From assembly GCA_902555985.1 (NCBI GenBank), contig CACDUI010000003.1, forward strand, positions 12,432 through 76,431: 64,000 nucleotides of DNA, written 5' to 3'. This document shows, piece after piece, positions 49,793 to 59,710 of this stretch. The stretch comes from an uncultured Candidatus Actinomarina sp. Lineage in GTDB: Bacteria; Actinomycetota; Acidimicrobiia; Actinomarinales; Actinomarinaceae. Positions within the stretch are counted from its first letter, which is position 1. Every line of letters starts with the position of its first letter. The notes beneath the pieces were generated by a model. The model made no database searches, was not told the DNA's origin, and worked only from the letters and a program-made list of their open reading frames with translations. Both the position numbers and the translations under genes were made by a program.

Positions 49793-51303
49793 TTACTTAT
49801 TGTATAAGGTTCTTTATTTCTAATAAAACGTAAAATTAATTGAAGTTCATTGAAATAGTTAATTTCTGTATAATTTTTATCATCAAATTTTAAAAATATA
49901 TCATTTTCATCTAAAAGGTCTAATTTCAGATTAATTTTATCTTGAGATATTTCTATGTTTGAATCCTTTAACAAATTGATAATTTCAGTATCTAGATTTA
50001 ATATGTTTGAAATAAAATTATCAAACTCAATATAATTCTCAAATATTATCTTAAAATTTTTTAATTTTTGAGCTTCTTCAAAATTCTGTAAAGCAGATTG
50101 TTGGTTCAAATTATTAATTAGTATTTCTAGTTCCTTCTCTTTATTTTTAAAAAATGATATTAATTTTTTATTTACATTCATTAAGTATTTATGAAGATCA
50201 AATGAATCTATACAAGCACAGTCAGTATTAAGCAATATGGATATATCACATTGCGATTTTCTAGAATTGTTTCTTTTGCAATTCAATGTTTCAAACTTGT
50301 AGTCTAAAAATTTTTTAAAATTTTTTGCTTTTGAATAACTTAAAAAAGGTCCTATTTGAAATAGCGTATTTTTTGTATTTTTTAATTTTGAAATTTCAAA
50401 GTTATGTTTGTTATTCTTTAATTTTATCCAATATATGTTTCTTGATATACGTCCACTTCTATTTAATGAAGGTTTTAATTTGTTAATCAGTCTATGTTCG
50501 ACAATTAGTGATGAAAGTTCGTTATTCAAATTAATAATATTCAATTTATCAGAAGAATTGACTATTTTGTTTGATTTATAACTTCTTGAATAACTTAAAT
50601 GTGAGTTAATTCTGTTTTTTAAGTTATTAGATTTACCAACATATTGTATATTTTTTTTGTTAGAAAATATATAAACACCGTGAGTGTTTGGAATATTTTC
50701 TATTTTGAATTTATTTTTTAAATGTGAATCAATACTATTTAAATAATAATTGACACTTTCAACATCTTTTTTATCTTTTATTTGATCAAAAACTGCGAGA
50801 TTTTTAAAAACTTCATATGTAGTCAGCACATCTGCTTTGGAGTTGTGTTCATTTTGATTAACTGTTTTAAAATATTTACTTAATGTTACTAATTTGTGGT
50901 TTTTTACCTTAGACCGCATCAGTGCTCTTGATAGATTTAATGTATCTATAGTTTCATTATCAAATTTTTGCAAGTTGTTGCTCGTTAATGCGTAATTTAA
51001 AAATGATAAATCGAACTTTAAATTGTGTCCTATTATTATCGAATCAGATACAAAGTTTTTAATATTTAATATTTCATCATCAATAATTGGAGCAGCTTCT
51101 ACATGCCATTGATATATACCGGTTAGATTAGATATGAATAGGGGAATGTTCTGTTTAGGGTTAAATTTTGAGTAATAATCGTCTACCACTTTTTCATTCA
51201 ATACTTTTAAAATATAGAGTTCAATAATTTTATTAGATCCAGCTTTAATGCCTGTGGTTTCTACATCTAGAATCGCTAAGTTCTTATTTTTTACAAAGTC
51301 CAA
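49789..51303 (-). CDS. DnaQ-like 3'-5' exonuclease / GIY-YIG nuclease fusion protein (Cho / Rv2191-like)
   Basis: 504 aa. The N-terminal DEDDh exonuclease motifs are LAILDVETTG and IIGHNLKFDLSFL. The central GIY-YIG is HGVYIFSNKKNIQYVGKSNNLKNRINSHL. Confidence 0.65.
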   Translation of the reverse strand: MDFVKNKNLAILDVETTGIKAGSNKIIELYILKVLNEKVVDDYYSKFNPKQNIPLFISNLTGIYQWHVEAAPIIDDEILNIKNFVSDSIIIGHNLKFDLSFLNYALTSNNLQKFDNETIDTLNLSRALMRSKVKNHKLVTLSKYFKTVNQNEHNSKADVLTTYEVFKNLAVFDQIKDKKDVESVNYYLNSIDSHLKNKFKIENIPNTHGVYIFSNKKNIQYVGKSNNLKNRINSHLSYSRSYKSNKIVNSSDKLNIINLNNELSSLIVEHRLINKLKPSLNRSGRISRNIYWIKLKNNKHNFEISKLKNTKNTLFQIGPFLSYSKAKNFKKFLDYKFETLNCKRNNSRKSQCDISILLNTDCACIDSFDLHKYLMNVNKKLISFFKNKEKELEILINNLNQQSALQNFEEAQKLKNFKIIFENYIEFDNFISNILNLDTEIINLLKDSNIEISQDKINLKLDLLDENDIFLKFDDKNYTEINYFNELQLILRFIRNKEPYTISK

Positions 51304-51305
51304 TT

Positions 51306-52097
51306 TTATTTAGTTAATTCCCACATACCTATAGCAGCAGCTGTTGAAGCATTTAAAGAATCTACATTATTAGTCGATCTGATACTCAAGGCTACATATT
51401 CGTTTTCAAACCACTCATTAGAAATGCCGTATTGCTCAGCACCTACCACTACAGCAAAGTTATTTTCAGGTTTAAAATTTTCTAGACTTTCTTCACCTTC
51501 AGGATCTAAAAGAAGAATTTGATAATTATTTGAATTTAAAAAATCTCTTATCTTCTTATTACTGCTGCTCCAGATGTTCATATTAAAAACATGCCCAACA
51601 GAAGCTCTGATTACATTTGGGTTAAAAATATCTGTTATTTCGTCAGAGAGAAAAATATTGTTTATACCAAAAGATTTTGCAGTTCTAATCATTGTTCCCA
51701 AGTTTCCAGGTTTCTCTATTTGATCTGGTATTAAAATAGGTCCATTTATTTTATCAGGTAGGCTCAAATCTCTTGTATTAAATACTGCTATGAAACCATC
51801 AGGCCTATCTCGATAGGACATAGCTTTAAAAACTTTTTCAGATACTTTGACAATTCGAATATTTTCTTGTTCACATTCATCAAGTAGATCTTTATTATTT
51901 TCTCCAATGAATAGATCGCTACAAAAATACAATGTATCAATTTCATAATTTGAATCTAATAATTTATAACATTCTCTGAAACCTTCAGAAATTGATTTAT
52001 TAGATGACTTCCTATTTCGATTTTTTTTTAAAGATACTAAGAATTTATATTCAGGATTATTGAGTGATTCAATATTTTTATTTGCTGAAAAATTCAT
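51306..52097 (-). CDS. TrmH/SpoU family RNA 2'-O-methyltransferase
   Basis: 263 aa with the SPOUT motif PGNLGTMIRTAKSFGI and a C-terminal knot region. Confidence 0.7.
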   Translation of the reverse strand: MNFSANKNIESLNNPEYKFLVSLKKNRNRKSSNKSISEGFRECYKLLDSNYEIDTLYFCSDLFIGENNKDLLDECEQENIRIVKVSEKVFKAMSYRDRPDGFIAVFNTRDLSLPDKINGPILIPDQIEKPGNLGTMIRTAKSFGINNIFLSDEITDIFNPNVIRASVGHVFNMNIWSSSNKKIRDFLNSNNYQILLLDPEGEESLENFKPENNFAVVVGAEQYGISNEWFENEYVALSIRSTNNVDSLNASTAAAIGMWELTK

Positions 52098-52683
52098 TAT
52101 GTGTAAGTTTCTTTTTTATATTTTGCTTTTTAGAGTTTACTATGTTGTCGTTTTCCACTCCTGCAGTAACCATTCCAACAATTTGATAATCATGTGGAAT
52201 TTTGAATAAATCATGAATTTTTTTTCTGTCAATACTGTGAAGTCCCATAAATCCTGTTGCAAAACCTTGTTCCTCAATAAGAAGTAAGCAGTTCATTAGT
52301 GCAGCTCCAGCGTCAACATACCAATATGGAATGTCCCATTCTTTAGAATTAACTGCATTTTTTTTGTCAGAAGATGAATATCTCTTGTGATACTCATCTT
52401 CATTTAACAATAAAAAAAATAATCCTAAAGAATTCGATATCCACGGAGATTGATTATCTTTTTTGAAACTATCTTCATTAAATATTTGTGATACAGTTTT
52501 TATTTTTTTTGTGTCGAAAGTATTTAGTATTTCAATTCCTCTTGAAAATCCAGCTGTAGGTATTTTTACTGCGTACTTTGCAATATCTTCTAAGCTATTT
52601 TTATCAAAGGAAGCTTTTTGATAACTTCTGACTACTTTCCTATTATTTAAAAGATTTTCGAGATAGGTAGTTTCATTAGTCAT
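52078..52683 (-). CDS. Nitroreductase family protein
   Basis: 201 aa. The N-terminal LLNNRKVVRSYQ...IAKYAVKIPTAGFSRG resembles the nitroreductase FMN-binding N-terminus. Confidence 0.5.
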   Translation of the reverse strand: MTNETTYLENLLNNRKVVRSYQKASFDKNSLEDIAKYAVKIPTAGFSRGIEILNTFDTKKIKTVSQIFNEDSFKKDNQSPWISNSLGLFFLLLNEDEYHKRYSSSDKKNAVNSKEWDIPYWYVDAGAALMNCLLLIEEQGFATGFMGLHSIDRKKIHDLFKIPHDYQIVGMVTAGVENDNIVNSKKQNIKKKLTHNEFFSK

Positions 52684-53743
52684 TAAAATTTTGCAATGAA
52701 TTTACTACAGCGTCTCCAACTTCGCTTGTAGTCATACCCATTTTTCCAGCCGAAAGTGAGTCAAGCTTTATAGCTGTATCAATTACAGCTTTCTCTATGT
52801 TGTCAGCGTATTTCTCTTCTCCTAGTTGCTTTACCATCATCGCAGCGGCTCCAACGCATGCTAAAGGGTTAATAACATTTTGATTTGTGTATTTTGGTGC
52901 AGAACCTCCTATAGGTTCAAACATGGAAACCCCTTCTGGATTAATATTACCACCAGCAGCAATACCCATACCACCCTGAATCATCGCACCTAAATCGGTG
53001 ATAATATCTCCAAACATATTATCAGTAACTATTACATCAAACCATTCTGGATTTTTCACCATCCACATACACACAGCGTCGACATGGCCATAGTCTGTTT
53101 CAATTTCAGGATAATCTTTTGCCACATCATAAAAGATTCTTTCCCATAAATCGTGTGCATAAGTTAAAACATTAGTCTTCGCACATAATGTAATTTTTTT
53201 ACGGTTATTATTTTTTGTATATTCAAAAGCATATTTTATACACCTGTGTATTGCATAATATGAATTAATCGATTCTTGAGTAGCAATTTCATTTTCAGTT
53301 CCGTAATGAATATAGCCTCCAGCACCTGCATAAAGTCCTTCAGTATTTTCTCTAACAACAACAAAGTTGATATCTTCTGGATTCTTGTTTGCTAGGGGAG
53401 TTTCTACACCAGGATACAGAACCACAGGCCTTAAATTTATATACTGATCAAATTCTTTTCTAAGTTTAAGGAGTATTCCTTGCTCAAGTATTCCAGGCTT
53501 TACACCAGGGTGACCTATTGCTCCTAACAAGACAGCATCAGCATTCTTTAATTGCTCAATATCTTGATCCGTGACAAGTTCTCCTGATTTTAGATACCTG
53601 TCACCACCTAAATCATTATTACTAAAAATAAATTCTACACCATAGTCTGCAGAAGTTGCTTTAAGAACTTTAACTGCTTCATTTACTACTTCTGGACCAG
53701 TTCCATCACCAGGAAGTAATGATATGTTATATTGTTTACTCAT
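52676..53743 (-). CDS. leuB: 3-isopropylmalate dehydrogenase (short form)
   Basis: 355 aa with [11 protein letters not shown] and the isocitrate/isopropylmalate DH fold. It is adjacent to a leuA-like gene. Confidence 0.8.
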   Translation of the reverse strand: MSKQYNISLLPGDGTGPEVVNEAVKVLKATSADYGVEFIFSNNDLGGDRYLKSGELVTDQDIEQLKNADAVLLGAIGHPGVKPGILEQGILLKLRKEFDQYINLRPVVLYPGVETPLANKNPEDINFVVVRENTEGLYAGAGGYIHYGTENEIATQESINSYYAIHRCIKYAFEYTKNNNRKKITLCAKTNVLTYAHDLWERIFYDVAKDYPEIETDYGHVDAVCMWMVKNPEWFDVIVTDNMFGDIITDLGAMIQGGMGIAAGGNINPEGVSMFEPIGGSAPKYTNQNVINPLACVGAAAMMVKQLGEEKYADNIEKAVIDTAIKLDSLSAGKMGMTTSEVGDAVVNSLQNFND

Positions 53744-55230
53744 TTGTTTAACGCATTCAAAAATGACTCTACGGAACCTTGTACAACATCAGTTGAAACA
53801 GCTCTTCCTTGCTTCATTAAGTGCCCATCATTTATTATTGTTACAATTTCAGCAGTTGCATCAGCACCTTTTGTAATACTCTCAACTCTATAGTCAATTA
53901 AAGTTGCGTCTGATTTAAGAATAGTTTTAACTGCAGTAAATGCAGCATGAATCATTCCATCTCCAGTTGCTTCTTCAGTCACTTCCTCATCACCAACTTT
54001 AAGAGTTACACTAGCTGATGCGAATTCATCTTTACTGTTTACAGAAACTGAAATAAGCTTTGCAGCATCATTTTTTGTTTCAACTTGTCCTACTATTGCT
54101 CTTAGTTCATTTTCTACAATTTCACCTTTTCTATCAGCAATTTTTTTAAATGTATCAAAAGCATTATTAAAAGCATCATCATCTAAAATAATTTCTAATT
54201 TATCTAGGGCGTCTTTGAATCCCGCTCTACCAGAATGTTTTCCTAGTATAATTTTTGCCTCTTGACCTACTGAATCAGGGGACATGATTTCATAAGTAGT
54301 TGTATTTCTTAAATAACCATGTTGATGAATTCCTGATTCGTGGCTAAAGGCATTTTTGCCAACAACTGCCTTATTATATTGAACAGGATATCCAGTGAGT
54401 TTAGATACTAATCTAGATGTTTCAAATATCTCTTGAGTTTCAGCTTTAATTTCCACTCCAAATTGATCTTGTCTTGTTTTCACTGCCATAATAATTTCTT
54501 CAGTAGAAGTATTTCCTGCTCTTTCACCAATTCCATTTATAGCACCTTCAATTTGTCTCGCACCTGCAGTAATTGCTGTTAATGAATTAGCAACTGCTAA
54601 ACCTAAATCATTATGGCAGTGTGTAGAAATGATTACATCTTCGTTACCACCTTTGACTTCATCATAAACTGCCGTTAATAAATCTAGGTAATCCTGAGGA
54701 GTTGCATATCCAACTGTATCTGGAACATTAATTGTTGTGGCACCTTCTTCTACAGCCACCTTCAATACCTCAATAAGAAAATCTTTGTCAGTCCTTGTAG
54801 CATCTTGTGCTGAGAATTCTATGTTTTCACAAAGCTTTTTTGCATACTTTACAGACTCTTTTGTATCATTTAATACTTCCTCTTTGGTTTTTCGCAACAT
54901 GTGCTCCATATGAATTTGAGATGTAGAAGTAAAAACATGTATTCTTGAATCTTTAGCAACTTTTATTGCTTCCCATGCCTGTTCTATGTCATCTGGGTGA
55001 CATCTAGCAAGAGAAGCAATAGTTGAATTTTTTATATTTTTTGCAATCAAATTTACACCTTCCCAGTCGCCAGGTGATGATGCTGCAAAACCAGCTTCAA
55101 TTACATCAACCTTTAATTTTTCTAGCTGTTGTGCAATTAACAACTTCTCTGATGGGGTTAAGGCTATTCCGGGACTTTGTTCACCATCTCTAAGTGTTGT
55201 GTCAAATATGACTAGTTTATCGTCGCTCAT
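53740..55230 (-). CDS. leuA: 2-isopropylmalate synthase / (R)-citramalate synthase family (LeuA/CimA, short form)
   Basis: 496 aa with [16 protein letters not shown] and the HxH motif [13 protein letters not shown]. Confidence 0.75.
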   Translation of the reverse strand: MSDDKLVIFDTTLRDGEQSPGIALTPSEKLLIAQQLEKLKVDVIEAGFAASSPGDWEGVNLIAKNIKNSTIASLARCHPDDIEQAWEAIKVAKDSRIHVFTSTSQIHMEHMLRKTKEEVLNDTKESVKYAKKLCENIEFSAQDATRTDKDFLIEVLKVAVEEGATTINVPDTVGYATPQDYLDLLTAVYDEVKGGNEDVIISTHCHNDLGLAVANSLTAITAGARQIEGAINGIGERAGNTSTEEIIMAVKTRQDQFGVEIKAETQEIFETSRLVSKLTGYPVQYNKAVVGKNAFSHESGIHQHGYLRNTTTYEIMSPDSVGQEAKIILGKHSGRAGFKDALDKLEIILDDDAFNNAFDTFKKIADRKGEIVENELRAIVGQVETKNDAAKLISVSVNSKDEFASASVTLKVGDEEVTEEATGDGMIHAAFTAVKTILKSDATLIDYRVESITKGADATAEIVTIINDGHLMKQGRAVSTDVVQGSVESFLNALNK

Positions 55231-56243
55231 TTATCTTTTGATATATCCTTAGCATTCAAAAAAGGCATCATTTCTCTTAGACCCTTGCCAACTTCTTCAA
55301 GTTGGTGTTTTGAAGCTTCCGCTCTTTTTTCGTTTAAAAAAGGAGACCCTTCTCTAGCTTGTGCCATCCACTCTTTAGCAAATGCACCAGATTGTATTTC
55401 TTCAAGAACTTTTTTCATTTCACCTTTTGTTTCAGAAGTTATAATTCTTGAACCCCTTGAAAAATCACCATATTCTGCTGTATCAGATATTGAATGCCTC
55501 ATCCACTCAAAGCCACCTTCGTACATCAAATCAACAATTAGTTTTACTTCATGCAAGGTTTCAAAGTAAGCACTTTCTGGTTGGTATCCAGCTTCTACGA
55601 GTGTTTCAAAGCCGTTTCTTATTAATTCAGTCAAACCTCCACATAGAACAACTTGTTCACCAAATAAATCAGTTTCAGTTTCTTCTTTAAATGTGGTTCT
55701 TAAAATACCAGCTCTACCTCCACCAATTGCCGATGCATATGACATTGCAACATTTTCAGTATTTCCTGAAGCATCTTTATGAACGGCTACCAGACATGGC
55801 ATTCCGCTACCTTCTGCATAGGTTCTTCTTAAAAGATGACCAGGACCCTTTGGTGCAACCATAGCAACAGACAGGTCTTCTCTTGGAACTATTTCATTAA
55901 AATGAATGTTGAAACCGTGTGCGAATAGTAGGGTAGCCCCTTCTTTCATATGCAATGAAATTTCAGAGTTGTAAACATCTGCCATAACTTGATCTGGTAA
56001 AAGAAGCATTACTATGTCAGCATCTTTAGTAGCATTTTCTAAGTTTGCGACTTTTAAACCCATTTCTTCAGCTCTATTGAAAGATTCAGATTCCTCTCTT
56101 AACCCAACAGTTATATCTACGCCAGACTCATGCAAGTTAAGTGAGTGAGCATGACCTTGACTACCAAAACCTATTACTGCTACTTTCTTTGACTTTATCA
56201 ATTCTTGATCTATTGATGAGTCATAAATTATTTTGCTTTCCAT
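55227..56243 (-). CDS. ilvC: Ketol-acid reductoisomerase (class I)
   Basis: 338 aa with [13 protein letters not shown] and C-terminal KARI helices. Confidence 0.9.
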   Translation of the reverse strand: MESKIIYDSSIDQELIKSKKVAVIGFGSQGHAHSLNLHESGVDITVGLREESESFNRAEEMGLKVANLENATKDADIVMLLLPDQVMADVYNSEISLHMKEGATLLFAHGFNIHFNEIVPREDLSVAMVAPKGPGHLLRRTYAEGSGMPCLVAVHKDASGNTENVAMSYASAIGGGRAGILRTTFKEETETDLFGEQVVLCGGLTELIRNGFETLVEAGYQPESAYFETLHEVKLIVDLMYEGGFEWMRHSISDTAEYGDFSRGSRIITSETKGEMKKVLEEIQSGAFAKEWMAQAREGSPFLNEKRAEASKHQLEEVGKGLREMMPFLNAKDISKDK

Positions 56244-56252
56244 ATATCCTCC

Positions 56253-56726
56253 TTACAAATTAGATTGCAGTGCTATTCTTCCACCTCTAACCATTTCTAT
56301 TATTCCAAACGGTTTCATTAAAGATTCAAACTTGTCTAACTCCTTAGATGAACCTGTTAATTCAAAAATTGCAAAATCCTGTCCGACATCTACAGAAGTA
56401 GCATTTGATAGAGAAGCTTTTTCAATTACAGAAGTTTGAGAATCTTTGTTTATAGAAACTTTCAATAATAAAACTTCAGTTTCAATTGTCATAGATGGAT
56501 CAAGTTCAACTATTTTTATAACATTAACTAATTTGTTTAATTGTTTTTTTACTTGTTCAACAGCATCAAGTTCAGTAACTATTGTCATCTTGGACCTGCC
56601 TTCAATATTTGTTGGCCCAACAGAAAGAGAATTTATATTGAAACCTCGTCTTGAAATAGTTGATGACACCCTTGCTAGGACTCCAGGTTTATCCTCTACT
56701 AAAACTGATAAAATTCTTTCACTCAT
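56253..56726 (-). CDS. ilvN: Acetolactate synthase small (regulatory) subunit
   Basis: 157 aa. The N-terminal ILSVLVEDKPGVLARVSS is an ACT domain. Confidence 0.8.
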   Translation of the reverse strand: MSERILSVLVEDKPGVLARVSSTISRRGFNINSLSVGPTNIEGRSKMTIVTELDAVEQVKKQLNKLVNVIKIVELDPSMTIETEVLLLKVSINKDSQTSVIEKASLSNATSVDVGQDFAIFELTGSSKELDKFESLMKPFGIIEMVRGGRIALQSNL

Positions 56727-58435
56727 AAGTTTTTAAGATCTTCTTTATTCATAATTATCTGATCGTTGCTTCCACCTGCAGGCACCATAGGAAATACCAT
56801 ATCATCTGGGTCAACAACACAATCTACCAAAACTGGTTTATCGTTTACTTCTAACATTTTGTTAAAAACTTTTTCAACATCAGATTTTTCCATCATTCTC
56901 ATGCCAATAGCACCCATTGATTCTGCTAATTTAACATAGTCAGGTGTATCGTGGGTTAGTTCAGAAGCAGAAAACTTACTATTGTAAAATATCTTTTGCC
57001 ACTGACGTACCATCCCATGGTTACCATTATTAAAAACAACAATCTTTATAGGAATATTTTCTGTTGAAGCTGTAATAAGCTCCTGACATGTCATTTGAAA
57101 ACATCCATCACCATCTAAAGCCAAAACTAATTTATTTGGGTAGGCTGTTTTAGCTCCAATTGCACCAGGTAGAGCATAGCCCATTGTTCCTAAACCACCT
57201 GAATTTAACCAAGTATTAGGTTCAGTAAAATTCCAGTGCTGGGAAATCCACATTTGATGTTGCCCAACTCCTGAAACTACAATTGCTTCCTCTTTAGTAA
57301 GTTTTTGTAGCTCTTCAAGTACATAAGGAACTTTGAGAGGCCCCTTGTCTTCTTGTTTGTAAGATAGAGGAAACTTAGATTTCATATCTTTAAGTTCTGA
57401 TATCCAGCTTTCAGTATCTAGATTTGTGTCGCCAAGTGATTCCATGAGTCCTTTTATTACACTTTTTGCATCACCAACAATAGGTACTTCTGCATCTCTT
57501 ACTTTTCCAATCTCTGCTGGATCTATATCTGCGTGAATAACTTTTGCATTTTGTGCAAAAAAAGATGGATTAGCAGTTACTCTGTCATCAAACCTTACAC
57601 CTATTGCAATCAATAAGTCTGCATTTTGGATAGAAGTTGTTGCGGTATAATTTCCATGCATTCCTGGCATTTCAAGACATAATTCATTTCCATCAGGGAA
57701 TGCACCTCTTCCCATGAGAGTAGTAACAACGGGGATCTTAAATTTTGTAGCTAAATCGAACAGTTCGGTATTTGCTTTAGAGTGAATGATTCCTCCACCA
57801 ACGTATAAAATCGGTTTTTTAGATTTTTTAATTAAATTTGCAGCCTGTTGAACCATTTTAGGGTTTGGCTCAAGAGTTGGTTTGTATCCAGGTAGGTCTA
57901 ATTTACCTGGTTCAACCCAAGAAGCTTGTTGATTAAGAATATCTTTTGGTATATCGATTAATACTGGGCCGGGTCTTCCAGTAGTGGCAATATATTTTGC
58001 CTCTTTTAAAATCTGAGGTATTTCAGAAGCATCTGTAATTAAATAATTATGTTTTGTTGCTGCCATTGAAAGGCCAACAGTGTATGCCTCTTGAAAAGCA
58101 TCATTTCCAATTGCATCTGATGCTACTTGTCCAGTAATAGCTAATAAAGGAGTAGAGTCCATTAATGCATTTGCTAAAGGTGTAATTAAGTTTGTTGCAC
58201 CAGGGCCAGAAGTAGCTATTACAACACCAAGTTCACCTGTTGCTTGAGCATATCCTTCAGCCATGTGCCCAGCACCTTGTTCATGTCTAGCGAGTATGTG
58301 TCGAATAGGACTATCGTATAAAGGATCATAAGCAGGGAGTATTGCACCACCTGGCACACCAAAGACTGTAGAAACATTAATATGCTCTAAACCTCTTATT
58401 ACTAATTCCGCTCCACTTAATTTGTCTTTTGTCAT
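56723..58435 (-). CDS. ilvB: Acetolactate synthase large subunit
   Basis: 570 aa with the TPP enzyme motifs GAGHMAEGYAQATG and GGLGTMGYALPGAIGA. Confidence 0.9.
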   Translation of the reverse strand: MTKDKLSGAELVIRGLEHINVSTVFGVPGGAILPAYDPLYDSPIRHILARHEQGAGHMAEGYAQATGELGVVIATSGPGATNLITPLANALMDSTPLLAITGQVASDAIGNDAFQEAYTVGLSMAATKHNYLITDASEIPQILKEAKYIATTGRPGPVLIDIPKDILNQQASWVEPGKLDLPGYKPTLEPNPKMVQQAANLIKKSKKPILYVGGGIIHSKANTELFDLATKFKIPVVTTLMGRGAFPDGNELCLEMPGMHGNYTATTSIQNADLLIAIGVRFDDRVTANPSFFAQNAKVIHADIDPAEIGKVRDAEVPIVGDAKSVIKGLMESLGDTNLDTESWISELKDMKSKFPLSYKQEDKGPLKVPYVLEELQKLTKEEAIVVSGVGQHQMWISQHWNFTEPNTWLNSGGLGTMGYALPGAIGAKTAYPNKLVLALDGDGCFQMTCQELITASTENIPIKIVVFNNGNHGMVRQWQKIFYNSKFSASELTHDTPDYVKLAESMGAIGMRMMEKSDVEKVFNKMLEVNDKPVLVDCVVDPDDMVFPMVPAGGSNDQIIMNKEDLKNL

Positions 58436-58452
58436 ATATTTTTATCGTTCCT

Positions 58453-58506
58453 AAAAAAAAACCTCCCTATTTTTTTGGGAGGCGCTCATCAAAGCAAAAT
58501 GAGCGC
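58453..58506 (-). promoter_or_regulatory. ilvBNC leader attenuator: pause hairpin plus intrinsic terminator
   Basis: On the mRNA (minus) strand: an 8-bp hairpin GCGCUCAU-N9-AUGAGCGC (58482-58506), then CCUCCC-AAAAAAAUA-GGGAGG (58462-58482), then U9 (58453-58461), then an RBS and the ilvB AUG at 58435. Confidence 0.6.
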
Positions 58507-58556
58507 TAAATAAGTAATAGCACCAATTCTGAAATGACTACATTTAAATTTTTCAT
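58506..58556 (-). CDS. Putative ilv leader peptide MKNLNVVISELVLLLI
   Basis: A 16-codon ORF on the minus strand with 10 of 15 post-Met residues V/I/L. Its stop codon abuts the first leader hairpin. It lies upstream of ilvB and is co-directional. Confidence 0.5.
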   Translation of the reverse strand: MKNLNVVISELVLLLI

Positions 58557-58586
58557 TTAGAATAACTATAGTAAAGCCAAAAAAAA

Positions 58587-59696
58587 ATGAAAGAAATAAA
58601 TATTATAAATTTTTTAGAAGACAACGATATTAAATTGTCTTCCAATTTCAAATTAGGAGTAACTAGCCTGCCTTCTAATATAAATTTTGAAAAAAAAATT
58701 AGTGAAATAAAAGATAAACAACTTCATGCAAATATGAAGTTTACTTTTTCAAAACCAGAATATTCAGGTTTAGCCGATAAATTTAGTTGGGCTAAATCAG
58801 CATTACTCTTAACTTACAACTATAAAAATAAAACTCAGCCCTCAATGCTTGTTTCCCCTGGCTATGGTCAAATAGCTAGGTTTGCAGAAGAAGATTATTA
58901 TCTTCCTTTAAAAAATAAAATTTTAGAAATTGAAAAAGTATTTGAAAATTTAGATATAAAATTTCAGTCATTTATTGATAATCCAAGTCACTATGATCGT
59001 ACTTTTTTTGTATCTTCAGGACTAGGCTGGCAGGGTAAAAGCACAATGATGCTTACACCCGGTTCAGGACCATGGCAGCTGCTAGCAACTATCTATGTCG
59101 ATTTTAATTTTAAAGAAAATAAAAATTCCGAATTTTCTTGTGGAGAATGTAATTTGTGTCAAATTTCATGCCCAACAGGAGCATTAGACATGGATTATAA
59201 ATTAGATTCTAATAAGTGCATTTCTTACTGGTTACAATCTCCTGAGATTATTCCATATGAAATAAGAGATGCAATTGGAAATAAGTTTTACGGTTGTGAT
59301 GATTGTCTAACCTCATGTCCACCAGGTCAAGAGAACAAAATTTTTGTTACATTTAATAAAAACCAAAGAGTGAATCTTCAAGAAATTATTGAATCTGACG
59401 ATGAGCGTTTACTTGAAAAATACTATTGGTTTTATATACCAAAAAGGAATGCTGAATTTTTAAAAAGAAATGCCATTATTGCATTGGGGAATAATCCTGA
59501 TAACAGTACTTCAGAATTTTTTAGAAATGTTTATTCGAAATTCTCAACACACTTAAAAATTTATACTCTTTGGGCTCTTTTTAAAAATAATAATGTTGAG
59601 TTATGTGAACAATTAATTAAATTATATGATTCAGGTAATCCAAACATACTGGAAGAATATGAAAAATTAAAAGAAATGATTTCGTTGGTTAAATAA
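58587..59696 (+). CDS. queG: tRNA epoxyqueuosine(34) reductase
   Basis: 369 aa with 4Fe-4S motifs [16 protein letters not shown] and CDDCLTSCP, and a C-terminal HEAT-like region. Confidence 0.7.
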   Translation: MKEINIINFLEDNDIKLSSNFKLGVTSLPSNINFEKKISEIKDKQLHANMKFTFSKPEYSGLADKFSWAKSALLLTYNYKNKTQPSMLVSPGYGQIARFAEEDYYLPLKNKILEIEKVFENLDIKFQSFIDNPSHYDRTFFVSSGLGWQGKSTMMLTPGSGPWQLLATIYVDFNFKENKNSEFSCGECNLCQISCPTGALDMDYKLDSNKCISYWLQSPEIIPYEIRDAIGNKFYGCDDCLTSCPPGQENKIFVTFNKNQRVNLQEIIESDDERLLEKYYWFYIPKRNAEFLKRNAIIALGNNPDNSTSEFFRNVYSKFSTHLKIYTLWALFKNNNVELCEQLIKLYDSGNPNILEEYEKLKEMISLVK

Positions 59697-59710
59697 TCTA
59701 TTCTTATTCT

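Noticed and set aside
58453-58482. Reading the CCTCCC...GGGAGG hairpin and A/T run as a plus-strand terminator for an upstream plus-strand gene
   Set aside because: There is no plus-strand gene upstream. On the minus strand the hairpin is followed by nine U and preceded by a V/I/L-rich mini-ORF, which fits an ilvB leader attenuator better.
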